A DNA stretch of 63,209 nucleotides, counting the filler, from Octopus bimaculoides (taxonomy: Eukaryota): assembly GCF_001194135.2 (NCBI RefSeq). It is 6 parts of 6 records of this genome, joined end to end, with 100 filler letters (N's around TTAATTAATTAA, not from the genome) between each part and the next. Parts side by side here need not be neighbours in the genome. Positions count along the whole stretch, not along the records: positions 45,491 to 59,495 come from NC_068990.1; positions 59,596 to 61,876 come from NW_026361796.1; positions 61,977 to 63,209 come from NW_026346130.1; 3 more parts are not named here. The stretch is one strand, 5' to 3'. A model generated the notes under the pieces. It saw nothing but the letters and a program-made list of their open reading frames with translations, was not told the DNA's origin and searched no databases. Made by a program: the position numbers and the translations under genes. This document shows positions 51,913 through 63,209 of this stretch, in pieces. How positions within the stretch are numbered: the first letter of the stretch is position 1; each line of letters opens with the position of its first letter.

Positions 51913-52637
51913 ATATATGTGTGTGCATGTGTATGTATGTATGTTTATGTATGCATGTGTGTATGTATGCATGCGTGTATGTATATATGCATGTACGAAT
52001 GTATGTATGTATGTATGTTATGTATGTATACATATATGTGTATGNNNNNNNNNNNNNNNNNNNNNNNNNNNNNNNNNNNNNNNNNNNNNNNNNNNNNNNN
52101 NNNNNNNNNNNNNNNNNNNNNNNNNNNNNNNNNNNNNNNNNNNNNNNNNNNNNNNNNNNNNNNNNNNNNNNNNNNNNNNNNNNNNNNNNNNNNNNNNNNN
52201 NNNNNNNNNNNNNNNNNNNNNNNNNNNNNNNNNNNNNNNNNNNNNNNNNNNNNNNNNNNNNNNNNNNNNNNNNNNNNNNNNNNNNNNNNNNNNNNNNNNN
52301 NNNNNNNNNNNNNNNNNNNNNNNNNNNNNNNNNNNNNNNNNNNNNNNNNNNNNNNNNNNNNNNNNNNNNNNNNNNNNNNNNNNNNNNNNNNNNNNNNNNN
52401 NNNNNNNNNNNNNNNNNNNNNNNNNNNNNNNNNNNNNNNNNNNNNNNNNNNNNNNNNNNNNNNNNNNNNNNNNNNNNNNNNNNNNNNNNNNNNNNNNNNN
52501 NNNNNNNNNNNNNNNNNNNNNNNNNNNNNNNNNNNNNNNNNNNNNNNNNNNNNNNNNNNNNNNNNNNNNNNNNNNNNNNNNNNNNNNNNNNNNNNNNNNN
52601 NNNNNNNNNNNNNNATATATATATGAGAGAGAGAAAT

Positions 52638-52946
52638 GGACAACAAAAAGCAAGGCAGGACGAGTATCTCAAGTCATTTAGAATATTTAATTAGAGTAAG
52701 GAAATTTACTGTTTTACTCTTTATTCTTCTATCTACTATTGTATTCGTTTATAAAATGTGAATTCCTTGTCTAGAATTTTCATACATACTCACATTGTCT
52801 CTGATGACGATATACCCAGTGTATAGAGATGCTAACCTATTACTTAGGATATCCCAAAAACTAATTAATTACCTCAAATTCACCTTACTCTAATTAGATA
52901 TTCTAAATGACTTGAGATACTTGTCCTACGTTGGTTTTTGTTGTGC
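52638..52946. mobile_element. MITE-like element with about 70-bp imperfect inverted arms
   Basis: 52638-52707 pairs with 52876-52946 (core AGTATCTCAAGTCATTTAGAATAT.TAATTAGAGTAAGG). I see no clear TSD. Confidence 0.7.
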
Positions 52947-53139
52947 TTTTTTCTTCTTATACCTGCTAACTCAGAAGCCTACTACGGATCCCTAGCCCCC
53001 AACCTCAGCTGTGAACTTAGAACCTAATGGATGACCAATTATAGCACTTACACAGCATATCTATTCGTTTAGATCACCAGTGAACTAAACCTCTCGTGTG
53101 TATATACATACATACACACACACACACATATGTGTAAAT

Positions 53140-53197
<58 letters not shown>

Positions 53198-54315
53198 ATG
53201 TATGTATGTATGTATATATATGTGTATGTATATGCATGCATACATACATGGTGCGCGTGTGTGTATGCATTGATATTAAACGATCTACAAGTATAGGCGG
53301 TAAACCGTGATTTAATCTCAAGAATTATAAGATGCATTTAATTAAATCTATATACGAGCAGTGATGGAATGATACAGAAACTACTGTTCTCATGGGATTT
53401 TAAAGAATAAGATGCACTTACTGTTTATATGTTTATCATATTTTTAAACTCCTATATGTTATTTATTTCCTTCCAGTTTTTTCTGTCTCGTTCGTCGTCT
53501 TCCTTATTATCGTCTGCTTCTTACAGTTTTATTCACTCCGTATATATTATCACTTTGATAATCTATAATACTTGAATAACTCCACTATGCTTAGTGTCTT
53601 ACTATGGGACTTGCTAAATATAATCTTATTGTCTTTAAAAATAATGCGTGGTTTTTGTTTTTTTATCCGATTTTTTTTTTTAACTTTCTCCTTTCAACTA
53701 TAACATGTTTTGTTAATGGTGGTGGCCGAGAGGATTTGGTGGTGATGTTGGTGGTGGTGTTGGTGGTGGCAGGCAGCGGTAGTGGTGGTAGTGGTGGCAG
53801 NNNNNNNNNNNNNNNNNNNNNNNNNNNNNNNNNNNNNNNNNNNNNNNNNNNNNNNNNNNNNNNNNNNNNNNNNNNNNNNNNNNNNNNNNNNNNNNNNNNN
53901 NNNNNNNNNNNNNNNNNNNNNNNNNNNNNNNNNNNNNNNNNNNNNNNNNNNNNNNNNNNNNNNNNNNNNNNNNNNNNNNNNNNNNNNNNNNNNNNNNNNN
54001 NNNNNNNNNNNNNNNNNNNNNNNNNNNNNNNNNNNNNNNNNNNNNNNNNNNNNNNNNNNNNNNNNNNNNNNNNNNNNNNNNNNNNNNNNNNNNNNNNNNN
54101 NNNNNNNNNNNNNNNNNNNNNNNNNNNNNNNNNNNNNNNNNNNNNNNNNNNNNNNNNNNNNNNNNNNNNNNNNNNNNNNTTATGCTAGTGGTTATGAAAT
54201 GGCGACGGGGGCTACAATAGAAGAGGGTGTGTTCGTTAATAAAACATAACCATTGACTTTGACATTTTCTAAAGAAATATAAGATTGAGAAGCAGAAATA
54301 TAACAAGATACATAA

Positions 54316-54421
<106 letters not shown>

Positions 54422-54569
54422 GGGGAGGGAGGAAAAGGGTGAGGTGGGCATATAGATAGACACATAAGTAAACAAAGCCTACTGGGTGGGGATGAAAAAG
54501 AGAGAAGGGTGGTGTGAGTTGAAGTGAGACGACAAAATGAGGGAAGGTATACATACATACATACATACA

Positions 54570-54601
<32 letters not shown>

Positions 54602-54663
54602 CATACATGCATACATATATACATACATACATACATACATATACATACATACATACATACATA

Positions 54664-54793
54664 GGTGAAGGGAAAGAATACGCACACCACCCATTTTCGG
54701 CATTTAGGGTTAAAGTTAGGTTTAGGCTTAGGGTTAGGGTTAGGGCTAGGGTTACGCCGAAAACGGGTAGTGTGTGTATTCTTTACCTCTGCC
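54664..54793. mobile_element. 130-bp MITE with about 40-bp TIRs enclosing 8 TTAGGG-like units, TA TSD
   Basis: The junctions are TA|GGTGAAGGGAAAGAATACGCACACCACCCATTTTCGGC ... GCCGAAAACGGGTAGTGTGTGTATTCTTTACCTCTGCC|TA, and the interior hexamers span 54704-54754. Confidence 0.8.
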
Positions 54794-54993
54794 TATACAT
54801 ATATAAATTCACGTATTATTTTACAGCAAGTTTAAGAATAATAAAACATTTACTTTTGAGGATACTCAGTATAAAAGGTATAGAGCTTCTCCGTAATAAA
54901 TGTTGGAAAAAGCCCTCAGGCGACACTTAATATCCGTGTCAATACGAATTATAACACATACAAAGATGCACATACTAACACGCACACATATAC

Positions 54994-55050
<57 letters not shown>

Positions 55051-55259
55051 NNNNNNNNNNNNNNNNNNNNNNNNNNNNNNNNNNNNNNNNNNNNNNNNNN
55101 NNNNNNNNNNNNNNNNNNNNNNNNNNNNNNNNNNNNNNNNNNNNNNNNNNNNNNNNNNNNNNNNNNNNNNNNNNNNNNNNNNNNNNNNNNNNNNNNNNNN
55201 NNNNNNNNNNNNNNNNNNNNNNNNNNATATATAGATATATATATATATATATACATATG

Positions 55260-55410
55260 CGGCAGTCTTTCAGTTTATGTTCTACCGAATCCACTCACAA
55301 GGCTTTGGGCCAGGGTCTATAGTAGATGACTTTTGCCCAAGGTGCTAAACAGTGAAACTAAACCTGAAACCATGTGATTTGAAACCAAACTTCCTATCAC
55401 ACAGCCACGC
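55260..55410 (-). mobile_element. SINE S2
   Basis: AATCCACTCACAAGGCTTTGG...CCCAAGGTGC...AACCATGTG matches S2. Confidence 0.75.
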
Positions 55411-56130
55411 TTCCATATAAAATTTTACATGGGAAATATTTAACATTAACTTTGAGTCTTCAACTTGCTTGTCGTCACTGTCGACCTTTTCCTTATAAAA
55501 ATTCATAAATATATCTTCCACTAAGAATGTATTAATGTATTGTTTTTGCTCAATACATGCTGCAAATGTTTCAATGGCATGACAATTTTCTTGTAATAAT
55601 TCTGCTTGTCATTACGTTATTTAGCCAGTCATGAACGCTTTCGCGTGATTAGGGGGAAAGAAGGAGAGAGAAGTATCCATAACGTGAGGTAGAGGGAACA
55701 TAATTGTAACACTTTCACGTGATTAGTTGAAGTGAAAGAGAGCAGAAAGACAAAGGAGAAAAAAGAGGATAAAGCAAAGAGTAAGACAGAAAGAGGGAGA
55801 AAGAAAAAGAGGGAGAGAGAAGCGTCCATGACGTGAGGTGAGGAGAATGTAATATTTATTACGTGGTCAAAAAAGTTAGTTGAAGGTAGAGGAGGAGAGT
55901 TTAAAATATAATTTTAGCAGAGGGGTGATGTTCTGATCGTGAGGTTAAAGAAAGGCAGGGAGATAGAGGAGAGAGGGGGAGATGGGAGGGGAGGGGAGAG
56001 AAAGGGGAGGAGAGAGAAAGGGGGGAGAGGGGAGTGAGAGAGAAAGAGGTGATGATGTTGGTGATTGTCGTCGTTGCGGAAGTGGTGGTGGTAATTGTAT
56101 TTTTTTAATTGAACTAAATTTTTTCTATAT

Positions 56131-56630
56131 CACTTAACGCATGCACATAAGTGGAATTCCGTGAAATATTTACGTGACAGATATATGCAATTTAACTAAA
56201 GGTTGTATCATATGTACAGAATCTTTTTTTGTTTGTTTATGGGGGAAATGGAAAAATAAGAGTGAATATTTATTTTATGAGTGCTGTGTATTAAGTCTAT
56301 AAAATTGTGCATAAAGTATATAAAGTGTATATATAAAGTGCATTAAGTAATCATCATATTCCAATTTCTTTCACTTTTCAATGAGTTGCAGACGATCGAC
56401 TATCTTTCGATACAGACACAACACAGGCTACACTTTCAGGTTTTGGGGATAAAGTTTTCAGAAATAACCCAATAGACTTACCACTAATTCCATGAAATAC
56501 TCACGGGTCCTACTTGTTTGCAATTATCGTATCAGATATGCTAAAATCGCCACCCATTTCATCAAGCACTTCCGAATAGGTAGATATTAAAAAAAAAACA
56601 GTATATTTAATGTTCAATCGGCGTTAAGAG
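56131..56630 (-). mobile_element. 500-bp MITE-like element with short TIRs (CACTTAACGC / GCGTTAAGAG)
   Basis: The termini match at 9 of 10 bases, and the body is homologous to 4359-4752. Confidence 0.65.
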
Positions 56631-57174
56631 ATTCTCTTTTGATTAGAGGCTGTTAGCGAACTCGTAAATCATTTCCCTCAATAACTCAGCTGTTGTATGT
56701 TTATGTCATAATGTTGTTTAGTTGTTAGGCGTTTTCTTTTTCTTTCTTGTTTTCTTTCCTTCTTTTTTTAATGAATGAATTGGTGCTACTAGACTGACGA
56801 CGTTTGATGAGCTGAGTTCGTTTTTTACATCCTCCTCCGATTGGTGAGATCAAAGTATACTTCTCTTAGAGTTCTTGTATGATCATGTAACATCCGCTCT
56901 TCCATGCTTGCATGGCTCTTCCTGTCGCCAATCCGCTCCCGTTTCCAAAGTAATATTTCTCATGGTGAAGCAAACATGTTCGTTTACAACCATTATGTGA
57001 TGACAAAAGAAGGGTATATGCACATGCATATGTATGTACATATGTATGTATATGTATTTGTACATGTATGTATGCATGTATTTAAGCATGTACATGTATA
57101 TATGTGTGTGTATCTGTCTATCTAACTATCTCTCTATATCTATATTTATATCTATCTATTTATATACATAATAT

Positions 57175-57230
<56 letters not shown>

Positions 57231-57234
57231 GTAC

Positions 57235-57380
57235 GACGAGCTTCTTACAGTTTTCGTCTCCCAACCTACTCGCAAAGCCTTGGTCGGACCGGGATAATAG
57301 TAGAAGACAAGGTGCCGCGCAATAGGACTGAACCCAAAACCTCATTTTTGCGTATGTAGGAAGTAAGCTTTTTAATCACA
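57235..57380 (-). mobile_element. SINE S2
   Basis: TTTCGTCTCCCAACCTACTCGCAAAGCCTTGGTCGG...GGACTGAACCC matches S2. Confidence 0.7.
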
Positions 57381-57855
57381 CAACAATCAGTTTACTTTGA
57401 GAATGACCAAATGGATAGACTCTGCTGATGCTACATCGACAATATTGCAAGGTTGCATTTGCAACAGTGAGTAGTCGCTGCAGGTGATTATAATATGCTG
57501 TATATAATAAATTTTGTGGATATAGAAGTCTCTTTACATATTATTATTATTATGTTGTTTTCTTTTCTTCTTTCTTCAAATTTTCTTCCATTTCTCGCCG
57601 AGTGTTTTCCGTACACCTAGGGCAGAGAAACTCGTTGTATGCATTTCCAGTTTACACACGCAAATTCACAGGTAAAACATGTATTTAAGAAATTAAAAAA
57701 AAATTCATGAATGGATGTTGTTTTCACAGCGATAATGCTCTTCTCATTACATGAGTCGTTCCAGTTAGCACGATTTTTTGCACTTCCTGTAGGGATGGTA
57801 AGCCTGGTATAATTTTCAAATAGGTTTCAATACCTTTTTTTTATCATTCCTAGAG

Positions 57856-57906
<51 letters not shown>

Positions 57907-59595
57907 TGTCTGTCTGTCTGTATGTATTTATGTATGTATGTATGTATGTATGTATGTATGTATGTATGTATGTATGTATGTACATTATGACTGTCCATTC
58001 GTTAGCCGAGCATGACCATCGTTAACAAGTTGACTTATAACTAATAGTTCCTACCACAAGAACACAAGATGTTAAGTGTTGAAGGCCAGCAATGCCCGTG
58101 CAAAGGTTTTAACTCGACTGTGGCTTGCACAACACCATCAACGACTAGAAATACCAAGAAGCCCAGAAACAAGCAAATTGCAAGATATCCGGCTTATTAG
58201 AGCAGCGGATTTTATATACGGTGCGAGTAAACCTTCTCCTACGGGAATGTCTTAACAAAGAGCAGGAGTCCCTCACTCCCGGTGAGCTTACTGCGCACTG
58301 GGACACCAGCCTGAGAATTTCTACGTCCCGGCGCATACATACATACATACATACATACATACATACATACATACATACATACATACATACATGCATGCAT
58401 GCATGCATACATGCATCTATCTCTTTCCACCTCTACTCTTATCCTACCTCTTTCTCCACACTTTAGGACTTACTCCATTTCCTCTTTGCGCAACCCCGTT
58501 CGATAGCTGCAAAGCTCTTTTTGTTGTATTTGTGGTATATGTATAATTGTTATTTTTTTCTCTTCCTTTGTATACAGCTGTAATGCTTCGTGCTGTTATA
58601 TATGCATAATTCTTTGTCTGTTGTACTTATATAATATCTTGCTTGTACATATTCACTAGCTTGTTCTCAGTAGTTTAATAAAAAGCACTGGCGCCTGCAA
58701 ATTGAGCAGTATCAATGGTAATTGGCGTGAAACTGCTATGATATTAACTGACGAGGAAAACTCAGCTGCGAATATTCCGTGTATCGTGTCTTTGTCTAAT
58801 TTCCCGTCCGTTAAGTTTTCGTCTTATTTTCCGTTTGGTCTGCTTTCGTCTAACTTCTCCTTGCTGTATCCTTTCTGTTCAACTCTTGATACGTACATAC
58901 ATACATACATACATACATACATACATACATACATACATGCAAGCTTGCATACATACATACATGCATACATACATACATGCATACATACATACATACATAC
59001 ATACATACATACGTACATACTTACATACATACATACATGCAAGAGAAAAAAGAGACCAGAGAACTGAGACGCGCACCGACCAAGACAGGAACCACAGTTC
59101 TCACGCTATTAAAATTATTTTTAAAATTATGTCTTCACTATTTATGTTTGCCTTACTTACAAATATTTTATGTTAGATATTCCCTTCTTTCATATCCCCT
59201 TGTTTGTTTACTTTATTATCGAGTGTTCTTTGCGGTTTTTTATTTATTTATTTATTTATTTTGGTTCACCTGTACACTATCACCTTGATTGTTAATATAC
59301 TTAAATAACTTCACTGCTACACTTAAGAGTTTTACGATCGGACCTGCAAGGTATTATTCTGGTGTTTTTAACAATAAAGTGTGCTAGTTTTTACTTTCTC
59401 TCTCTTTTTTCCTTCTTTTCTTCTTTGCATTTCAATTGTGTTACATGTTACATTTTATTAATTGCACTGATGGTTATGGTGGTGGTGGTGGTGGTNNNNN
59501 NNNNNNNNNNNNNNNNNNNNNNNNNNNNNNNNNNNNNNNTTAATTAATTAANNNNNNNNNNNNNNNNNNNNNNNNNNNNNNNNNNNNNNNNNNNN

Positions 59596-61876
59596 TACGT
59601 ACGTAAGTACGAACGAACGAACGTAATTACGTACGTACGGAAGTTGTTTCTTTCGTTCGTTCGTTCTTTCGCTCGTACGTATCTTCGTTCATTCAATCTT
59701 TCGTTCGTTCGTTCGTAAGTACCTACGTACTTTCGTTCGTTTTGTTCCTTCGCTCATTCGTTCCATAGTTCGTTTCATCTTTCNNNNNNNNNNTTTGTTC
59801 CTTCGCTCATTCGTTCCATAGTTCGTTTCATCTTTCGTTTGAGCGTTCGTTCGATCAATCGTTCGTTCGTTCCTACGTACGTACGTTCATTCGTTCGTTT
59901 GTACCTTCGTACGTACGGTTGTTCGTTCGTTCGTACGTATGTACCTACGATTATTCGTTAAATCGTTTGTTCTATCGATCGTTCCTTCTTTCGTTCATTC
60001 GTTCGTTAATTCATTCGTTCGCTCGCTCGTTCGTACGGAGATTCTTTCGTTCGTTCGTTGATTCATACGTACGTTCGTTCGTTTATTCGTTCGTTCGATA
60101 CTACGTACGTATGTACGAACTTTCGTTCGTTAGTTCGTTCGTTCCTTCGTTCGTACGTACGTACGTATGTACGTTCGTTCGTTCGTTCGTACGTACGTAC
60201 GTTCGTTCGTTCGCTCCTTTGTTTGTTCGTACGTACGTACGTTCGATCGTCCGTTCGTACGTACGTACGTAATTACGTTCGTTCGTTCGTACTTAGGTAC
60301 GTTCGAAGGAGCAAAAGAACGTACGTTCGAACGAACGAAAGTACGTACGTACGAACGAACGAACGTACGTACGAGAGAACGAACATACGATCGAACGAAA
60401 GAACGATCGAACGAACGAACAAAAGAAAGAAGGTACGTACGTAAGTACGAACGAACGAACGTAATTACGTACGTACGGAAGTTCTTTCTTTCGTTCGTTC
60501 GTTCTTTCGCTCGTACGTATCTTCGTTCGTTCAATCTTTCGTTCGTTCGTTCGTAAGTACCTACATACTTTCGTTCGTTTTGTTCCTTCGCTCATTCGTT
60601 CCATAGTTCGTTTCTTCTTNNNNNNNNNNNNNNNNNNNNNNNNNNNNNNNNNNNNNNNNNNNNNNNNNNNNNNNNNNNNNNNNNNNNNNNNNNNNNNNNN
60701 NNNNNNNNNNNNNNNNNNNNNNNNNNNNNNNNNNNNNNNNNNNNNNNNNNNNNNNNNNNNNNNNNNNNNNNNNNNNNNNNNNNNNNNNNNNNNNNNNNNN
60801 NNNNNNNNNNNNNNNNNNNNNNNNNNNNNNNNNNNNNNNNNNNNNNNNNNNNNNNNNNNNNNNNNNNNNNNNNNNNNNNNNNNNNNNNNNNNNNNNNNNN
60901 NNNNNNNNNNNNNNNNNNNNNNNNNNNNNNNNNNNNNNNNNNNNNNNNNNNNNNNNNNNNNNNNNNNNNNNNNNNNNNNNNNNNNNNNNNNNNNNNNNNN
61001 NNNNNNNNNNNNNNNNNNNNNNNNNNTACGTTCGTTCGTTCGTTCGTACTTACGTAGCTACGTACATACGTACGTACGTACGTTCGTTCATTCGCTCGTA
61101 AGTACGTAAGTACGTACGTTCATTCGTTAGTTCGTTCTTTCGTTCGTTCGATCGATTGTAAGTACGTACGTTCGTTCGTTCGAACGTTCGTACATACGTA
61201 CGTTCGTTTATTCGTACTATGTACGCTCGTTCGTTCTTTCAGTCGTTCGTACGTACGTACGTACGTACGTGCATACGTTAGTTCATTCCTTCGTACATAC
61301 GTACATTCGTTCGCTCGTTCAATCGTTCCTACGTACGGTTGTATGTACGTACGTTCATTCATTCGTTTGTTCCTTCGTACGTACGGTTGCTCGTTCGTTC
61401 GTACGTATGTACCTACGATTATTCGTTAAATCGTTTGTTCTATCGATCGTTCCTTCTTTCGTTCGCTCGCTCGTTCGTACGTAGGTTCTTTCGTTCGTAC
61501 GTTGATTCATACGTACGTTCGTTCGTTCATTCGTTCGTTCGATACAACGTACGTATGTACGAACTTTCGTTCGTTAGTTCGTTCGTTCATTAGTACGTTC
61601 GTTCGTTCGTACGTACGTACGTTCGTTCGTACGTACGTACGTTCGTTCGTTCGCTCCTTTGTTTGTTCGTACGTACGTTCGACCGTTCGTTCGTACGTAC
61701 GTACGTAATTACGTACTTTCGAAGGAACAAAAGAACGTACCTTCGAACGAACGAAAGTACGTACGTACAAATGAACGGACGTACGTATGAGAGAAGGATC
61801 AAACGATCGAACGAAAGAACGAACGTAAGTTCTTTCTTTCGTTCGTTCGTTCCTACGTACGTACGTACGTACGTTC
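59596..61876. repeat. CpG-rich (CGTT/CGTA)n compound satellite with higher-order periodicity and polarity switches
   Basis: Block 59596-59783 recurs at about 60434-60619 and block about 59913-60300 recurs at about 61381-61720. The AACG-sense segment at about 60305-60480 lies within CGTT-sense arrays. Confidence 0.9.
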
Positions 61877-61999
61877 NNNNNNNNNNNNNNNNNNNNNNNN
61901 NNNNNNNNNNNNNNNNNNNNTTAATTAATTAANNNNNNNNNNNNNNNNNNNNNNNNNNNNNNNNNNNNNNNNNNNNATATATATATATACATACACACA

Positions 62000-62107
62000 C
62001 ACACTGAGATGAAAAATAAGTACTGGGGTCGGTTTGACTGACTAAAATACTTCGAGGTGGTGCCCCAGCATGACCACAGTCTAATGAGTGAAACAAAAGA
62101 ATAAAAG
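62000..62107 (+). mobile_element. SINE 3' half with an S4-type tail
   Basis: AAATAAGTACTGGGGTCG...GGTGCCCCAGCATGACCACAG...TGAAACAAAAGAATAAAAGA. Confidence 0.7.
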
Positions 62108-62519
62108 ACAGTCTCTGGTTTGTCTTTGAATGTTAAGAGTAAGTTGCAGTACCATTGCCTTTTAAACTGTAGTGTACACTGTCCTTTGTAAATCCTGACG
62201 TTGGCATTGAGATGGGCAAAAGGGGACAGACTTAGAAAGAGGAGAAGAGACAAGAAAAGGGGATAGGTTAGCTATGAGGTGGACAGGTTAAATGAGAAAA
62301 AGTTAGGATTATTAAGGGGAGGTGGAGGCAATTACAAGGAGGATGGAGTATCTGGGAGGAGGATGAAGTAATTACAAAGAAAGTGGGTTAACTGAAAAGA
62401 GGATGGGATAACAATTTTTAAAAAGGGCAAATTAGCTATGAGAAGGATGGGTTAACTTAGAGGAAGTCCAGTTGAGAAGAGAAAGGGTTAAATGGGAGGA
62501 GGACAGGATAACTGAGAAA

Positions 62520-62850
62520 AGGATGGGATAACTAAGACGACGATGGGATAACCTAGTGGATGATGGGATAACCTAGTGGATGACAGGATAACCTAGAGGA
62601 TGATGGGATAACTGAGAGGACAAGATAACAGAGGACGACGGGATAACTGAGAGGACAACAGGATAGCTGAGAGGACGACGAGATAACCGAGAGGACGACG
62701 GGATAACTGAGAAAACGATGGGATAACGGAGAGGACAACGGGATAACCAAGAGGACGACAGGATAACTGAGAAGACGACGGGATAACTGAAGGGACGACG
62801 GGATAACTGAGAGGACGATGGGATAACAGAGGATGATGGGGTAACAGAGG
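62520..62850. repeat. 19-20-bp purine-rich minisatellite
   Basis: The unit is approximately GGGATAACTGAGAGGACGAC, and it decays leftward to about 62380. Confidence 0.9.
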
Positions 62851-63166
62851 ATGAAAGGGTAACCAGAAAACAACAACAACAAAAATATCAATTTTGCCCT
62901 TTGTTCCTCTGAGGTCAATAAAAATGGTCCTTGGGTCCAAATGTGATTGGCTATACACTAAAAAGGCATTGCTCCTGAATGGTTGTATTCCAGCCCATGC
63001 ATTCACGAGTTTGGACAATGGCATAATTTAGCAAAGTTTGGTAAAATGTTTTGTTTAGATTCTGTTTTAATTACAGATGGTTTGTTAATTAATTAGTGAG
63101 TATTAATGTCAGTAATGACACCTGAAAGCAAGTTAGATGATCAAGGAGTTGTTAATAAGCTGAAAT

Positions 63167-63209
<43 letters not shown>

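Noticed and set aside
54704-54754. Telomere-fusion or healing scar
   Set aside because: The repeats are enclosed by TIRs with a TA duplication, which a MITE explains better.

Overview
This is AT-rich, microsatellite-saturated eukaryotic DNA from a gapped draft assembly. The SINE/LINE repertoire looks to me like an octopod cephalopod genome (inference from recall, not searched). There are no prokaryotic features. One host gene is supported: two spliceable minus-strand exons (32705-32816 and 25541-25764) of a divergent stanniocalcin-family, cysteine-rich protein. The first of these exons is missing from the ORF track. The rest is transposon-derived. It includes at least four subfamilies of R4/Dong-like (RLE) non-LTR retrotransposons, all on the + strand and stacked in (AAT)n or (CATA)n tracts. 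It also includes a 5'-truncated Penelope-like element (RT + GIY-YIG, -), a second PLE RT fragment and a minimal type I hammerhead ribozyme. Tx1/L1-like and CR1/L2-like LINE remnants, several tRNA-derived SINE families, several foldback MITEs (one enclosing TTAGGG repeats) and a CpG-rich CGTT/CGTA satellite make up the remainder. Nearly all ORFs in the track are microsatellite or N-gap artefacts. Element boundaries are by-eye estimates unless junction bases are quoted.
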